Source: Podarcis bocagei (taxonomy: Eukaryota). From it: a stretch of DNA of 64,000 bases. Position 1 is the stretch's first letter, and each line of letters starts with the position of its first letter. Below, one piece after another: positions 1-33,707 of this stretch. The stretch is taken from assembly GCA_964188305.1 (NCBI GenBank), contig OZ076889.1; one strand, written 5' to 3'. The notes beneath the pieces were generated by a model. The model was not told the origin of the DNA, searched no databases, and was given only the letters and a program-made list of their open reading frames with translations. Both the position numbers and the translations under genes were made by a program.

Positions 1-289
1 ATCCCATTAAGAGCCCTTTAATATATCAAATATATATGTTCCATCCATCCTTTATTTTAGAGATCTTAAAATAATTCAGTTTAATATTTATGGTTTTAAT
101 TTTTTTATTGCAAATATTTCAGTGAAACAAAATAAATGAAAAAATGCAAAAGGAAATGAAAGGTACATTTAAAAAATTACAGTAATTTAGTTTACTCCTG
201 AGAGTTTCCCCACCCTTCAAGTGTACTTATTAGTTCTATTATGTTGATTTGTAGTTGTTTGACTGATGGAACCCTAAGAGTGCACATCA

Positions 290-1175
290 ATGGTTCCTCG
301 TTATTGTTGGGAAAAAATGACAAGTGGGGTGCCATAGGGTCTGTCCTGGGCCTGGTGTTGTGACTTGAATGAAGGAATAGGTGGGATGCTCATCAAATTG
401 CAGGTGCCACCAGAGTGTTGTACGTGTGCCCCCTAGGGTACATGAAAGGGTTTCAAAGGGTGGGCAGCATAATTTTTTTTGTTTTACTTTATCATAGGTT
501 TTTTTAGCTGCATAAAACAATTCAAATATAAAATAATATTATTAAAACTACCCCCAAATTACATTCGCCTGAGAAGGTGGTGCAGTGGTAAGACAAAACT
601 CAAAAGGCATATACGATTATTGTACCTTTCGGAAACGCTGCCTCAGAATATAGAATCAGCATTCAAAATGCCTTTAACAAGTTGGAGAACTGGGCCAAAA
701 CTATCAAAATGCATTTCAGTAGGGACAAATGTTTAAGGAGGATATCAAAAAGCTGGAATCTGTGCAGAGGAGGGCAACCAAGATTTATCAAGGGTCTGGA
801 ACCCAAGCCTTAAGATAAACAGTTGAGGGAGTTGGGTATGTTTAGCCTTGAGAAGAGAAGACTGAGAGGAGCTAGGATAGCCATCTTCAGATATCTGAAG
901 GGCTGTCACAATATGGAACAAGCTTGTTTTCTGCTGCTCTGGAAGGTAGAATCTGAACCAAAAGATAAAAATAACAAGAAAGGAGATTCTTAGGATGACT
1001 TTTCTGACAGTAAGATCTGTTTGAGATTGGAATGGACTGCTTCAGAAGGTGGTGGACTCTCCTTCCTTGGTGAGGAATAATCCGAGTTTGGGTGGCTATC
1101 TGGCAGAGATGCTTTAGCTGCCTTGCGCTAGATGACCCTTGTAGATCTCTCCCAACTCTAGAATTCTGTGATTCT
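290..1175 (+). mobile_element. Decayed CR1 LINE 3' portion (RT region to tail), interrupted at about 411-640
   Basis: acaagtggggtgccatagggtctgtcctggg (SGVPQGSVLG-like), cagaggagggcaaccaag, tail ccaactctagaattctgtgattct. Confidence 0.8.
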
Positions 1176-1238
1176 AAAAGTTCTAGTTTCTTTAAATATA
1201 ACTGAGTCCTAGTAAAATTGTCCAACTATAACATATAT

Positions 1239-1433
1239 TCAGGTAGGTAGCCGTGTTCGTCTGACGCAGTCGAAATAAATAAATTTTAAAAATTGTCCAG
1301 TAGCGCCTTAGAGACCAACTAAGTTTGTTCTGGGTATAAGCTTTCATGTGCACGCACACGAAAGCTTATACCCAGAACAAACTAAGTTGGTCTCTTAAGG
1401 TGCTACTGGACAATTTTTAATATTTTTTTTCCC
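1239..1433. mobile_element. Penelope-like element terminal fragment with fold-back inversion
   Basis: ggtagccgtgtt...ccagtagc-ccttagagaccaact motif; inverted arms of about 60 bp; 13-bp TSD ctataacatatat (1226-1238 / 1434-1446). Confidence 0.8.
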
Positions 1434-1774
1434 CTATAACATATATGCCTAAGTAGATTTGATACGGCAGCTATGCACACATCTATCTCATTCATATATA
1501 AAGTGGAGGTGGGGTTAATATATACTATGTTGTAATACTGTTGTGGGAAAACAACTTAAAGTTTAAAGCAGCAGAATACAACATTAGATGTGATCTGGAA
1601 ATTAGATAAGATTGCACAGGGTACAACAAGGCAAGCATTTCGCTCCCCATTTGCGCTTTTTGTGTAGATAGTAAACAATCCCCTCCTGTTCAATCTCTCT
1701 CTACCCATCCCCCCAAAGTTATGGTTAAGAGATGTCTGCATATGACTATGTATATTGGCTAATTTTTTGACTTA

Positions 1775-2910
1775 GAGCTGAGGCACTGACCAGATGGATG
1801 GGAGGTTGCCTGGGCTTGATGAGGTTACACTCCCTCTGAAGGAGTAGGTCTGTAGCTTGGGGCTACTCCTGGGTCATTTGCTGTTGGTTGAGGCTCAGGT
1901 GGCCTCAGTGGTGTGGACTACCTTCCATCAGCTTTGCCTGGTGGCCCAGCTGCACCCCTATCTGGACACGGATAGCCCAACTTTAGTTGTCTGTGCTCTG
2001 GGAACCTCTAGGCTAGATTATTCAAACTGATGCATTGTACATGGGGCAGCTTCTGAAGGCACTTTGGGAACTTCAGCTGGTGCAGAATTCAGTGGCTAGG
2101 GTGATCATCAGGACAAGATAGCTTGAGCATATAATGTATATCCTGACCCATCTACACTGGCTGCCAGTTAGTTTCTGGGCCAAATTCAAAGTGCTGGTTT
2201 TGACCTATAAAGCCTTGAATGGATCAGGAATGCAATAATCTCAAGGACCACCTCTCCCGATACCATATTGGCCTGAATATAAGCCTCACTTTTTTCCCAA
2301 ATTCCAACCGTTAAAAGTTAAGGTGTGGCTTAAATTTGCAGCCTTACAAAAATGGGCTTTGACGATATCAATGCTGAAACAGACATACGGTAAAACGGAA
2401 CCAAAAAAAATGTTTTTTTGCTGATTTGTGAGCTCAAGACTGCTCATTTGCCATTTGCAGGTGTGAGTGCCTACGGAATTGTAGCAATTGAATAGCAATT
2501 AGCCATTTGAGCAATTGTATGAGCTTGCAAGATCAAAGGCTTAAATGGGCTCGGAGTTAGAATTCTACCAATCGCAGTGATTTTAAGCCTGTAACCCAAT
2601 TTTAAGGGGGTAGCTTATATTTGGCTATTGTCTTTCTTTTTCTCTCTCTCTCCCCCCCCCCTCCGAATTTTAAAGGTGTGGCTTATTTGAGGGTGCGGCT
2701 TATATTCAGGCCAATACTGTATATACCAACCTGGACTCTGCGAACATCATCTAAAGCCCTTCTTTGTGTGCCCCTTCCATGAGTATTCTATGGCCTTTTC
2801 AATGTTTTCTTGTTCTTGGTTTATTATGTGTTCTCCTTTTGTATTTTTATGTTGTGAACCACCCTGTGATCTGTGGATGAAGGGTGGTATACAGATAAAC
2901 TAAATAATAA
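1775..2910 (+). mobile_element. Decayed L2-type LINE 3' portion, interrupted by a MITE
   Basis: ttacactccctctgaagg, cagctggtgcagaat, caaattcaaagtgctggttttgacctataaagcc, 3' end gttgtgaaccaccctg...gggtggtata. Confidence 0.75.
2263..2719. mobile_element. Tc1/pogo-type non-autonomous DNA transposon nested in L2
   Basis: TIRs cc(a)tattggcctgaatataagcc / ggcttatattcaggccaatactg; TA on both sides. Confidence 0.85.
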
Positions 2911-6293
<3,383 letters not shown>

Positions 6294-6755
6294 ATGTTTG
6301 GCTTTAGTCCTTCAAGCAATTTTTGGGGTGTCCAAAATTTTCAGGGTTGGTAGGTTACCCTTACAGATTCAAATCCTTTAATATAATTTATTGAGATTTT
6401 GAAATACATTTTTGGTTGCTTCCTAATCCTGACTGAAGAAGTTACAGCATACCTTTAAAATCTTGAATGATACATTTAATTTGAGCACGTTCTATTGAAA
6501 AGGACTGCTTCCTGTTTAGCATTTCAAGGAAAACATACACAAACTACTGTGCAAAATACACTCTGGAAAGTCATCAATGTCAAATTCCATAATATTGGAT
6601 AGTAAAATTGTAAAGCAGGATTCATAAAACAAGCGAGGATCTGATGATAGTTTATCAGTCCATAGGAAGAGAAGCAGTGTTGGGTGGTTAAGGAATGCCT
6701 GTAAATCCTGAAAGTTGTATGTGAGAAAATATTTTTTTATATATAGAAATATTTA

Positions 6756-6895
6756 NNNNNNNNNNNNNNNNNNNNNNNNNNNNNNNNNNNNNNNNNNNNN
6801 NNNNNNNNNNNNNNNNNNNNNNNNNNNNNNNNNNNNNNNNNNNNNNNNNNNNNNNNNNNNNNNNNNNNNNNNNNNNNNNNNNNNNNNNNNNNNNN
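6756..6895. other. Assembly gap (140 N) within the MIER1 3'UTR
   Basis: Run of N. Confidence 1.
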
Positions 6896-9431
6896 GTCAT
6901 GATTGAGCTGTAATTTCTAAAAACAAGTGTGTAATTTTCATAATTTGTACAGTATGGTAAACTTTTACGAGATTTGATCTGTCAGCTTCATTTTATTTTG
7001 CTAAAGCTTTTTTATTAAAAAAAAGAGTAATAGTCATGTTTCAGAAAGCGGTAAAATTTTTAAATATTTAAAATTCACACCCAATTATGAATATCATAAT
7101 TTTTCAAATTTCTATCTTGAGACAAATGGTGACTTAGAATTTTGGAATTTAGGACGATGCTTTGATTGCACAAGTGTTCTTGCTTTTATAATTCTTTTTC
7201 AGATTTATTTTTATGATGAGACAACCTTAAATGCTTTAATGTTGCTAAATCTTGTTAGCCAAGGTCAGGCATTACATTGTTCATTAATTATTTTTACATT
7301 TCAGTGAGCACAGTGTAGTTGTGAAATGGGTCTGGTAGCCTTGATGAGGAACAAATGCACAGCTCATATTTGGGCCTGATCATACATTCCAAGGAATTCA
7401 CTTGGATTTATGCTGCTTACTGTTTCTTAGGAAGCAGAAGAGTCTTTGAATAATTATTGCATATGTATGTATGAATATGCCCGTGTCTGTGAGGTACTGT
7501 AAAGGCTGGTAACCTTTTTTAAAAAATAATTTGCTTGACAGATGTCCTTGACAATGTGGCAGGAATAGTCCCTGTAGCCATGAGTCCCATCCATAAGAGG
7601 ATTTGGATAATGGCCATGGTAGAGGTTTGCCATGTTTGTCCCTTATTGTCATGTAAAATGACTCATTGGAAGTATTGTTTTTGTTGCTTTTACATCAGGC
7701 TATCTGTAGTTTTCTCCATCTACTTGTCTTGAGGCTTGCTTTAAAGGTTACAACCATGCTGTTTCAAGTTGGCCCGAGAACTCTGTAACTTGGCAAAATG
7801 TGTGATGTTTGGTCTTAATTATGTGAACCTCCATTTCATTGTAGATGTCACTTAAGTTATTTAATTATTAATAGAGCCCCCTGCTTTCTCCTGAAATGTT
7901 TTGGCAGAATATGTGATCTAACTTGCAGGGCTAATATTTATTGTCTAGAGCTCAGAAGCAGTGTATCTCCCAGCAGGCATGACTTGCCTCTATAGATTAA
8001 ACCCTTCATCTTGTAAACTGAACTGCTTTTGGGAGGTGACATAGTTGGCAAAACCCAGATTTATTAAATATGGGAATCCAAAGTTTTCATAGCCTCGTAT
8101 CAAAGATTGTCTCTATAAAGTATGTTAGAGCAAGGCAGCACAATGCTTTTAGAAATCTTATTGCAACTATTTTTCTTCCTTACCTATATATTTTGCAAGT
8201 GGAAATGCTTGCAATACAATTCATAGGAAAGTTTCTAAGTATATTGTTCTCAGGCTTGTAAGTAAAATATAGCACTGTGTACATTTTCAGAAATTTTACT
8301 TTGGTCTTTGATCTTACTTTCAATGTTATGCCTAAGAAAAGTCCTGACATTCCATAATCAATATGTAATGCTCAGCTGTTCATTAAGTATTTAATTGTAA
8401 TGTGCATTTTGTTTATCCAGGTGTTTATACAATATTTTATTCATGTTCTTTAAAATGCAGCCACTATAACTTGATAAGACATTGCACTAGTAGTACTATT
8501 TAAAATTCTAGTAATATAGTAACCTGTTCAAGAAGCTTTCAGTTCTGTTTGGAAAAGAAAAAAATACTGCTTCCAAATTGGATTGAAAAGTCAGTGCAGT
8601 TTGTGTATAGTAATTGTAATGTATATTTTTAAGCACTATTGTGTCATGATCCATGAAGTGCATTGCGTGCAGTCTGAATCAAACCTTCAATTCAACAGGT
8701 CTGACTGTTGGACTTTATAAAAGGGTTTAAAGTGATATTTTGAAAGAAATTAAAAATTTGCAAATTAGTTTTTATAAATTTTTCACATAGTACTTTTGCA
8801 CTGTTGGTAATCCCTGTGTCCCTTCCCTAGTTCGCCATCTGCAGTTCTGGAAAAGCTGATTATAAAGTATTTTTTTAAACACATTGCTTACATAAATACA
8901 ACTGAATATATTAAGAGTGGAACTTCTGTTTCTTTTAAGAGAAGCTTGTGTCACTAAAGCTTGTGGAACTTTTCTGATGGTGTATTTGGACTATTCAGTA
9001 GTAGTCTTCACAGCCTTGCACATTGAGCTTTACATGTGTGTTATACTGATGTATCATTAACATTTCAAAACAATTCAGGTCAGGAGAAGAGATTCTTGAA
9101 GCCATAGCTCTAGGCTTACTGTATGATCAGCCATGACTTCTGTGTTACAAAGCATTATGGGAAACAACGGAATCCATCATTTATTGACATGCTGCTGGGG
9201 TCTTGAGTGACAATAATTCAAGTCAAATGCTATTCAAACAAAATTCACTATCGAAGTGGTGAGTAGAATAGTGCACCTGTATTGTGATACACCAACCAGA
9301 TATGCTTATTTGCAAACATTACCAGTAACACATTTACCTGTTACTGAAAAAGAAACTGGTTTTGATTTGGATAAACCCAGTAATAAAACCAACAAATTTT
9401 AAAACAGAGACATGGAAAAATTGTCTCAAAA

Positions 9432-9437
9432 TTTATT
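9432..9437 (-). terminator. Probable SLC35D1 polyadenylation signal (AATAAA); implies a 3'UTR of about 4 kb
   Basis: Minus strand reads AATAAA-ttttgagacaatttttcca followed by GU/U-rich tgtctctgttttaaaatttgttggtttt. Confidence 0.55.
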
Positions 9438-11080
9438 TCTAAGCCAGTACAAAAATACATATGGGCATAAAATTCCTTCTGGTTTCCTCTTACTTACAGT
9501 ATATAAAGTCTACAGAATATACATTTTTTTAAAAAGTTGACCCTTAATGCTAGAATTCTCAATCTTGTAAATAAATTCTATATAGGAAAATAGTTAAGAG
9601 GAAAATTAACAGCATACAAAATAAACTAGTAAGAATTTTGTTTTATCTTCCCAGTGTATGTAGTATCTTATAGAACTTGGCACTGCAAAGTTTTTACAAA
9701 ATGCAAATGCATTCAGAACAATTTTACATGATTTTTTAAAAAAAATCTCTAACAAATACCCTGAGAGCAACTGCCTCAGTACAGCAGATTAGAGAGAGAA
9801 ATACAAGAATTTGATTGTATCAGGAATTCATTCTACATAGATGACATTTTCTGTAGTCAGGCCATGCAAATACTCTTATTTGCACAAATATTTACATATA
9901 TTATTCTCTACAAACTTGTGTTTTGCAGCGTTTGGTACTTTTAGGCAGGACTCTTGTGCAAGGGAAGAAAGTAAGACAGGCAATGATGTGGTGAGTAATA
10001 CCATACATAATTGCTAGAGTTGTAAAATTTATGTGGTGTTTGTTTGAAGTGAATGGAATGTCTTGTATTCTGCATAAGAAGCCAGTATAGTCTTTCCTAA
10101 AAAAATGAATACTTAGGCCGAATTCTCAGTTGTTTAGATTTGAAGTTGGTAGGGGAACTGAAGTATTATAAAGTGGCTATTGGAAACTGCGACCATGATA
10201 AAGTACAAATCCAACAAAAAAGACGATGCACACCATTCATTTCAATGAAGCCCAAAAAGAAGCTACAGGACTCTACTGAAATGAATGACATCTGGTGTGT
10301 TCTTTCCATTGGTTTGCGACCAGTGACTGCAGCTGTAGAAGCCCAACTCTCTAAAAAGCAAGTATGTATGAAGTGTGCAACTGGGGCTTATACTGTGTCG
10401 AGTATATGCACGCGCACACAATATGTTGAGGTTAATGAATGGGAACAGGGTAACAATTAAACTGTAACATGCAACTTCAGATCAAGGTGGCTCTTTAGTA
10501 TTTATGTATCTAGTCTTTCCTGTTTTCAGCCCATAATATATAGCTGTGATCGAGAAACCTCAAACTTTAGGAATTTGAGGGGAAAGATGTGCCACAAGAA
10601 AGGGGAAGATGCTGGATTTATGGATTACATTTTTTATACTGCTGCTTAAGATTGGAATAATACAGGAAGGTAGACTTTATGGAATAACAATCCCCACCCC
10701 CCTTACAGTGGCTTTCATAACACAATCTTCTGAAACAAAAATAGACCAAATGCTATTGGGCTATTGGTGTGCAACTGCCTTGCTGTTAAAATTTACCTCC
10801 TTTTTAAGTCTCTTCTCAGTACCCAGCAGCATGTGCATTTTTCCTTTTGGATAAGGCGTGTTCATATTCAAAGCATTGAAAGGTGGATTTTTTGAAATGG
10901 GTGGGAGAGGGCATCACACACCGAGAAACTTACTAAGGTTTATAAAGGTTTTTCCCCCAATGTTCTGCAACATGCAAGGTTATGAACAGGGCAGAATGCA
11001 TACCAGTGCCATAGAAGCAGAGAAAAGGGTAACAGATGCAGATTCCAGAGACAATATATAACTTTGCAACAATAATTTGA

Positions 11081-11184
11081 CTGAGGGTCGTGGCTTCAAG
11101 CCCCATGTTGGGCAAAAAGATTCCTGCATTGCAGGGGGTTGGACTAGATGACCCCTGTGGTCCCTTCCAACTCTACAATTCTGT
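11081..11184 (+). mobile_element. 5'-truncated tRNA(Lys)-like SINE with CR1 tail, in the SLC35D1 3'UTR region
   Basis: ctgagggtcgtggcttcaagccccatgttgggc (B-box half of tRNA-Lys) + ttcctgcattgcagggggttggactagatgacc...ccttccaactctac. Confidence 0.7.
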
Positions 11185-13406
11185 GTGTGTGCATATATGT
11201 AGGTTGTGTTTACACATCAGTATGTTTTAGTCTGAATGGTTAATGCTCTTCCCCTAACATTGGAAGGAGTAACAAATCATGAACCCTGGCTTTGCATTAC
11301 ATCCAAGCAGAGCATTGAGTGTTGGACTTGGCCTACCAGGATTGCTGGTGTGAGCTTAACACTAACCAGGGATCACTGGTTACTGTGCTAGGGAGGATGC
11401 GCAATCTGTGTAATCACAGTACACAATTAACTATAATTTATGTCACATTATTCAGCTTTTTTAAAGTGCAGAATCTGGATCAAATAGACTTTTACTCTGA
11501 AAATAAACATGTACTGAAGTTTAAACACTCTAAAAATCGTCGGTAAATGTCATCAACTAGGTGATGACCTACACCCAAAGAAACCAATCTGATAAATTGC
11601 TTCTTTTGGTACTGCAAAGGTAAATCCTAGTATTAGTCTTAGTTGCATCACCAACCTCCATTTGATAAAAGGTACATAGGACGTGGGGCTTAAGAACTGT
11701 AGCCAAGGTTCCTTAAATACTGTGCTTCACTAAATGACACTTGAAGGAACATGATACACCAAGTCCTGAATGTATGAAGTGGTATGTAAAGTTAAGTATA
11801 TGGAATGTGTTAGTTTTTGCTGGTCCAAAGTCTGGTCCAGATTTCTAGCTTCTAAGCTAGGTTTGCAGCTTGGATGCAGAGGTTTTTGGTGGTTTAGGAT
11901 GATTTTTCTATTAATACACTTTTCCTTGATGCAGAGAGAGAAACTATAGTGGAATTTTCTGTATCTTCTTCCCAGAACTCGTTTTATGCAAGTTGTCTTG
12001 TTGGTTTGCCCTTTAACCAAAGTTAAGGAAAACAACCTCTGAATGAGCTACCATCTTGAAAATTGTCACCATGGAGTCTAGATTAGAACCCATTCATCTG
12101 ACTCATGAGAAGAGGCTGGCTGCTGCCTCATCTGGCTTTAATGTCATTAGCATGTGTGGGCAGGCAGCAAAGTGCTTCTGTTGGCTGCAGATCTTGAAAT
12201 TTCTCTTCCACACCTGATGAAAATTGTTGGTGATCTCTCTACCTATATAATCTGATGCTTCCCTAATTAGCAAAGCCAATTCTATTTTGCATTTTAGTTA
12301 AAGGCATTTAAAACCTCTGGCATTGAGAGATTAGCTGTAACTCTCCTGTTTTTAACAGACAGAATATATTGAATATATTTATTGACCTTGTGTTCCTCAA
12401 TTTCTCAATCTAAATTTCTAAAAAAATGTATTTTCAAATTATTTTTGGAACTTAACAATAGAACTTGGGCATTTCGGCCTCTCCAACCTGCATCAGTACT
12501 AGTATACTTTTTTATTGTCAGTTGGTTAGTCTTGGATACACAGGGTGGAAGTACCCAGGTGAGCAAAAATGCAAATATTACAAATAACTTTATTAAATAT
12601 AACTATTACAAATAACTGAATTTGTATGGCACTGGTTCAATATTCTTTTACATCTGAATTGTCTTTAGCTACTTAGTCCCAACAGTTTTGGCTACCTAGT
12701 TAAAATGTTTTAAGTTATAACTTGCTTAGAGTTAGATTCATTTTTGCAGATGAGTCTGAGCTTAAAGGGGGATTCATACTGGGGGCATTACAATGTTATG
12801 AGAAGAATTCCTTGCAAAAGAATCCATTTGTTCTTGCCGATTCTTGAATAAGAAAATCCCACCTAACTACTGTGCTTTACAAGCCTCTTAGGTATAAATA
12901 CTGCTGAAGTTAATAATACTTTACTGTGGGCCGAAAAGTTGTTTCCATTGGGATTTAAGTGATCTGAATTGCATCCTTACTTACTACAGTCTATGCTTCA
13001 TTTCTATGAGAAATTGATTGCTATCTTATGCTGAGTGAATTGAGTCAACACTGGGCCTTTTAGCACAATAGCCTCAGTTCATTTTGAAATATTTAGGACA
13101 CGTTTTCTTGCTCCACTCAAGATTATAAAAGCTATAGACTAGAGCATTAGAAGTATTTGTCTTCGCAGATGGTGCAAGATAGGCTGTGACTGTTTAAGCC
13201 TTATTCCTTTCAGCCTAGTGTTAATAACCAGCTGTACATTTTGTGCTATCAGTTAAATATCTCATTCTAAAAGGCAGCGAGCAATCTTCATATTGGGTAC
13301 TCTCCATTTGCACATACAATTCTGTTCAGAGATACTGCACATTCTAGTGATTTGTCAGCAATCACGGCTGAAAATCAGGAGTTACTGTTGGTAAGTGACC
13401 CTTTTG

Positions 13407-31430
<18,024 letters not shown>

Positions 31431-32699
31431 GGTTGCAAGCTGAACGTCAGACGGGGCGGAGCGGGCGGCCGCGAGGCAGGAGAGGCTGGGCCCAAGGGGG
31501 GCTGCCCGACGGCGTGCAGGGAGGGCGCAGCAGGAGGAGGAGCACGTAAAGCCGTGACGCGCCAGGGGCGCAACGGGGCTCTGTTCCTCACGCAGCAACA
31601 TGCGAGCCCGGCATGTTGTTCTTCCGAGCGGCAAGGGGGTCGTTCTCTCCCAGCCCCGAAAGAGTAGGCTGCGTCCTCCTGCGCGCCTAAGTCGCTCCCC
31701 TGCCCGGGAAAGGCCGGCGTCGCTCCAGCCAAGCCACCACGACGGAACCTGTTCTAAGACACAGAGCGAGCGAGGCACGCGACAGAATTTCCCCCGAGCG
31801 CGCACAGGGTGCCCTTATTTTTTGCTACTAGCCACAGTGCGGGGCTAACGCCACCACGTGAGAAGCCCAGGTGCGGGCGGCAGGGTAGCAGGGAAACTAG
31901 AGTCTCTTGTCTCTCATCACGTGTTGAGAAGGGATCACGTGCAGCGCCGCCAACACGCTTGCTGGCCACGTCCGTCGGGGGTGTCAGAAGAGGCCCTTTG
32001 CGCAAACGTACTATGTAGATTCATAGAGCTCCTTCCTGCGCTTCACCTACCTAGCCGCGCTGCATGAGGGAGCAGCCCCCCCCCCATCAAATAAATAAAA
32101 ATACCAAAATAAAAGACCAGTTGTGGCGCAGATAACTCGGTCCTGGGAGCCCCCAAACATTAAGTTTGCCGCCCACCAAAATCCTGGCTATGCCCATACC
32201 GCCGCCCGCCCACCCCCAATATTACGTTATAAAGGATGCAACTATAAGGTACATGGAAGACTAGCTTAGCAGCAGTTAATATAAAAGTTCAAAAAGTTGT
32301 TTCATTTTACATATAAGGAGCCACAGGCGTTTCCTTAAGTACATAGGTGGTTCATATTATGTGGTTAGCATTAAATGCCGAATTGAAGAGGTATAGCTAT
32401 TACTTTACCAATTTCCATGACTACATAGTGGTAATTATTCCCATATGCACTCACTAGAATTACTTTAGCTTTATCTTTTTGGAGCTCAGGGACTGCTCCA
32501 GATTGGTGGGGGTTGCAACATGTCATTGATGCAATGATAAAACATTAATGTTGGATTTGTACTGAACCATTCACACGTTCCACTTTGCGAGTTGTTCTGC
32601 TATACTTCGCCCAAAATAACATGTTAGTGCTATCTGGAAGGACACTCTCATGCTGAATAGTGCAACAAAAAGAACTTCAACAGTAGAACAGACTCCCTT

Positions 32700-32847
32700 G
32701 GGCCCAGCTCAGTTGCTTAGACTGTGGTGCTGATAAGGCCAAGGTTGTGGGTTCAATTCCCATACAGGCCACTTGCATATTCCAGCATTGCAGGGGGTTG
32801 GACTAGATGAACCCTTCATGGTCCTTTCCAGCTCTACAACTCTGTGA
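32700..32847 (+). mobile_element. tRNA(Ile)-like-headed SINE with CR1 tail
   Basis: agctcagttg..tagactgtggtgctgataaggccaaggttgtgggttcaattcc (decayed tRNA-Ile) + cattgcagggggttggactagatga...ccagctctac. Confidence 0.75.
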
Positions 32848-33707
32848 AAAACAGGACAAACACGCACACACACACACACACACACCAGAACATTTGGGTT
32901 ATAAAAAATTATATCATTCCTTCAGGAAGCTACAGGACAGGCACTGATTTCTGCATTCCTCCCTGGGGCCAACTCATCCAACCGCAGGCCAGAGGCAAAA
33001 ATGGGGCAGGTAGAGCAGTGGGTGCAACAATGCAGGCTTATTCGATCCACTTAGAAGTTTGCAGTCTCTCTATGTACACATACAAACACACACCTTTATC
33101 CTGGCAAGTCCAGAACATCACCCAAGGACACATTCCAGCCATGAAAAAACATCAAGGGTGTGTCATTTGGGAGGTGCATGACCTGGGCATGGTCCCAACA
33201 CTGAGATAATAGAGGGCTGGAGGTCTGCATTTGGCCTTTGGGCTGAGGTTTCCCACCCCTCATTTAGAGCTTTAAAGGCCAGGACCTTGAACTGAGTTTG
33301 GATGCCACCTAGTAGCCAGCAACACCCTTTCAATATTGGCGTAATATGGAGAGCATGCACCTAGGAATTCACCAGGCAGCTTTGGTTAACCCATTTAACA
33401 GCCTTCACTGTCCCCTCTTGGAGTGGAAATGAGTACTGGAATGCCAATGCAACATCACATTTTGTGAGACTCTGGCGAAACATCAGATGGCACACGGCAT
33501 TTGCTGCTTCAGTGCATCTGATATTCTACTGCCAAGCTACTATATCATTCATAATAATAATAAGAATAAAAACCTACGTATTGACAAAGATACCTCCCTC
33601 ACTGGTTGCAATCCCTTTGGACTACATTGTGGCAACAGATTTGGGGGAAGTGATTATTGTACACATTTATTATGCACTTCACACAACAGTCATTTCAGAG
33701 GTTGAAG

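Noticed and set aside
6688-6906. ORFs spanning X residues
   Set aside because: Artefacts of the N gap
32700-32772. Possible tRNA-Ile gene
   Set aside because: Multiple stem-breaking changes, no oligo-T terminator, and fused to a CR1 tail; it is a SINE
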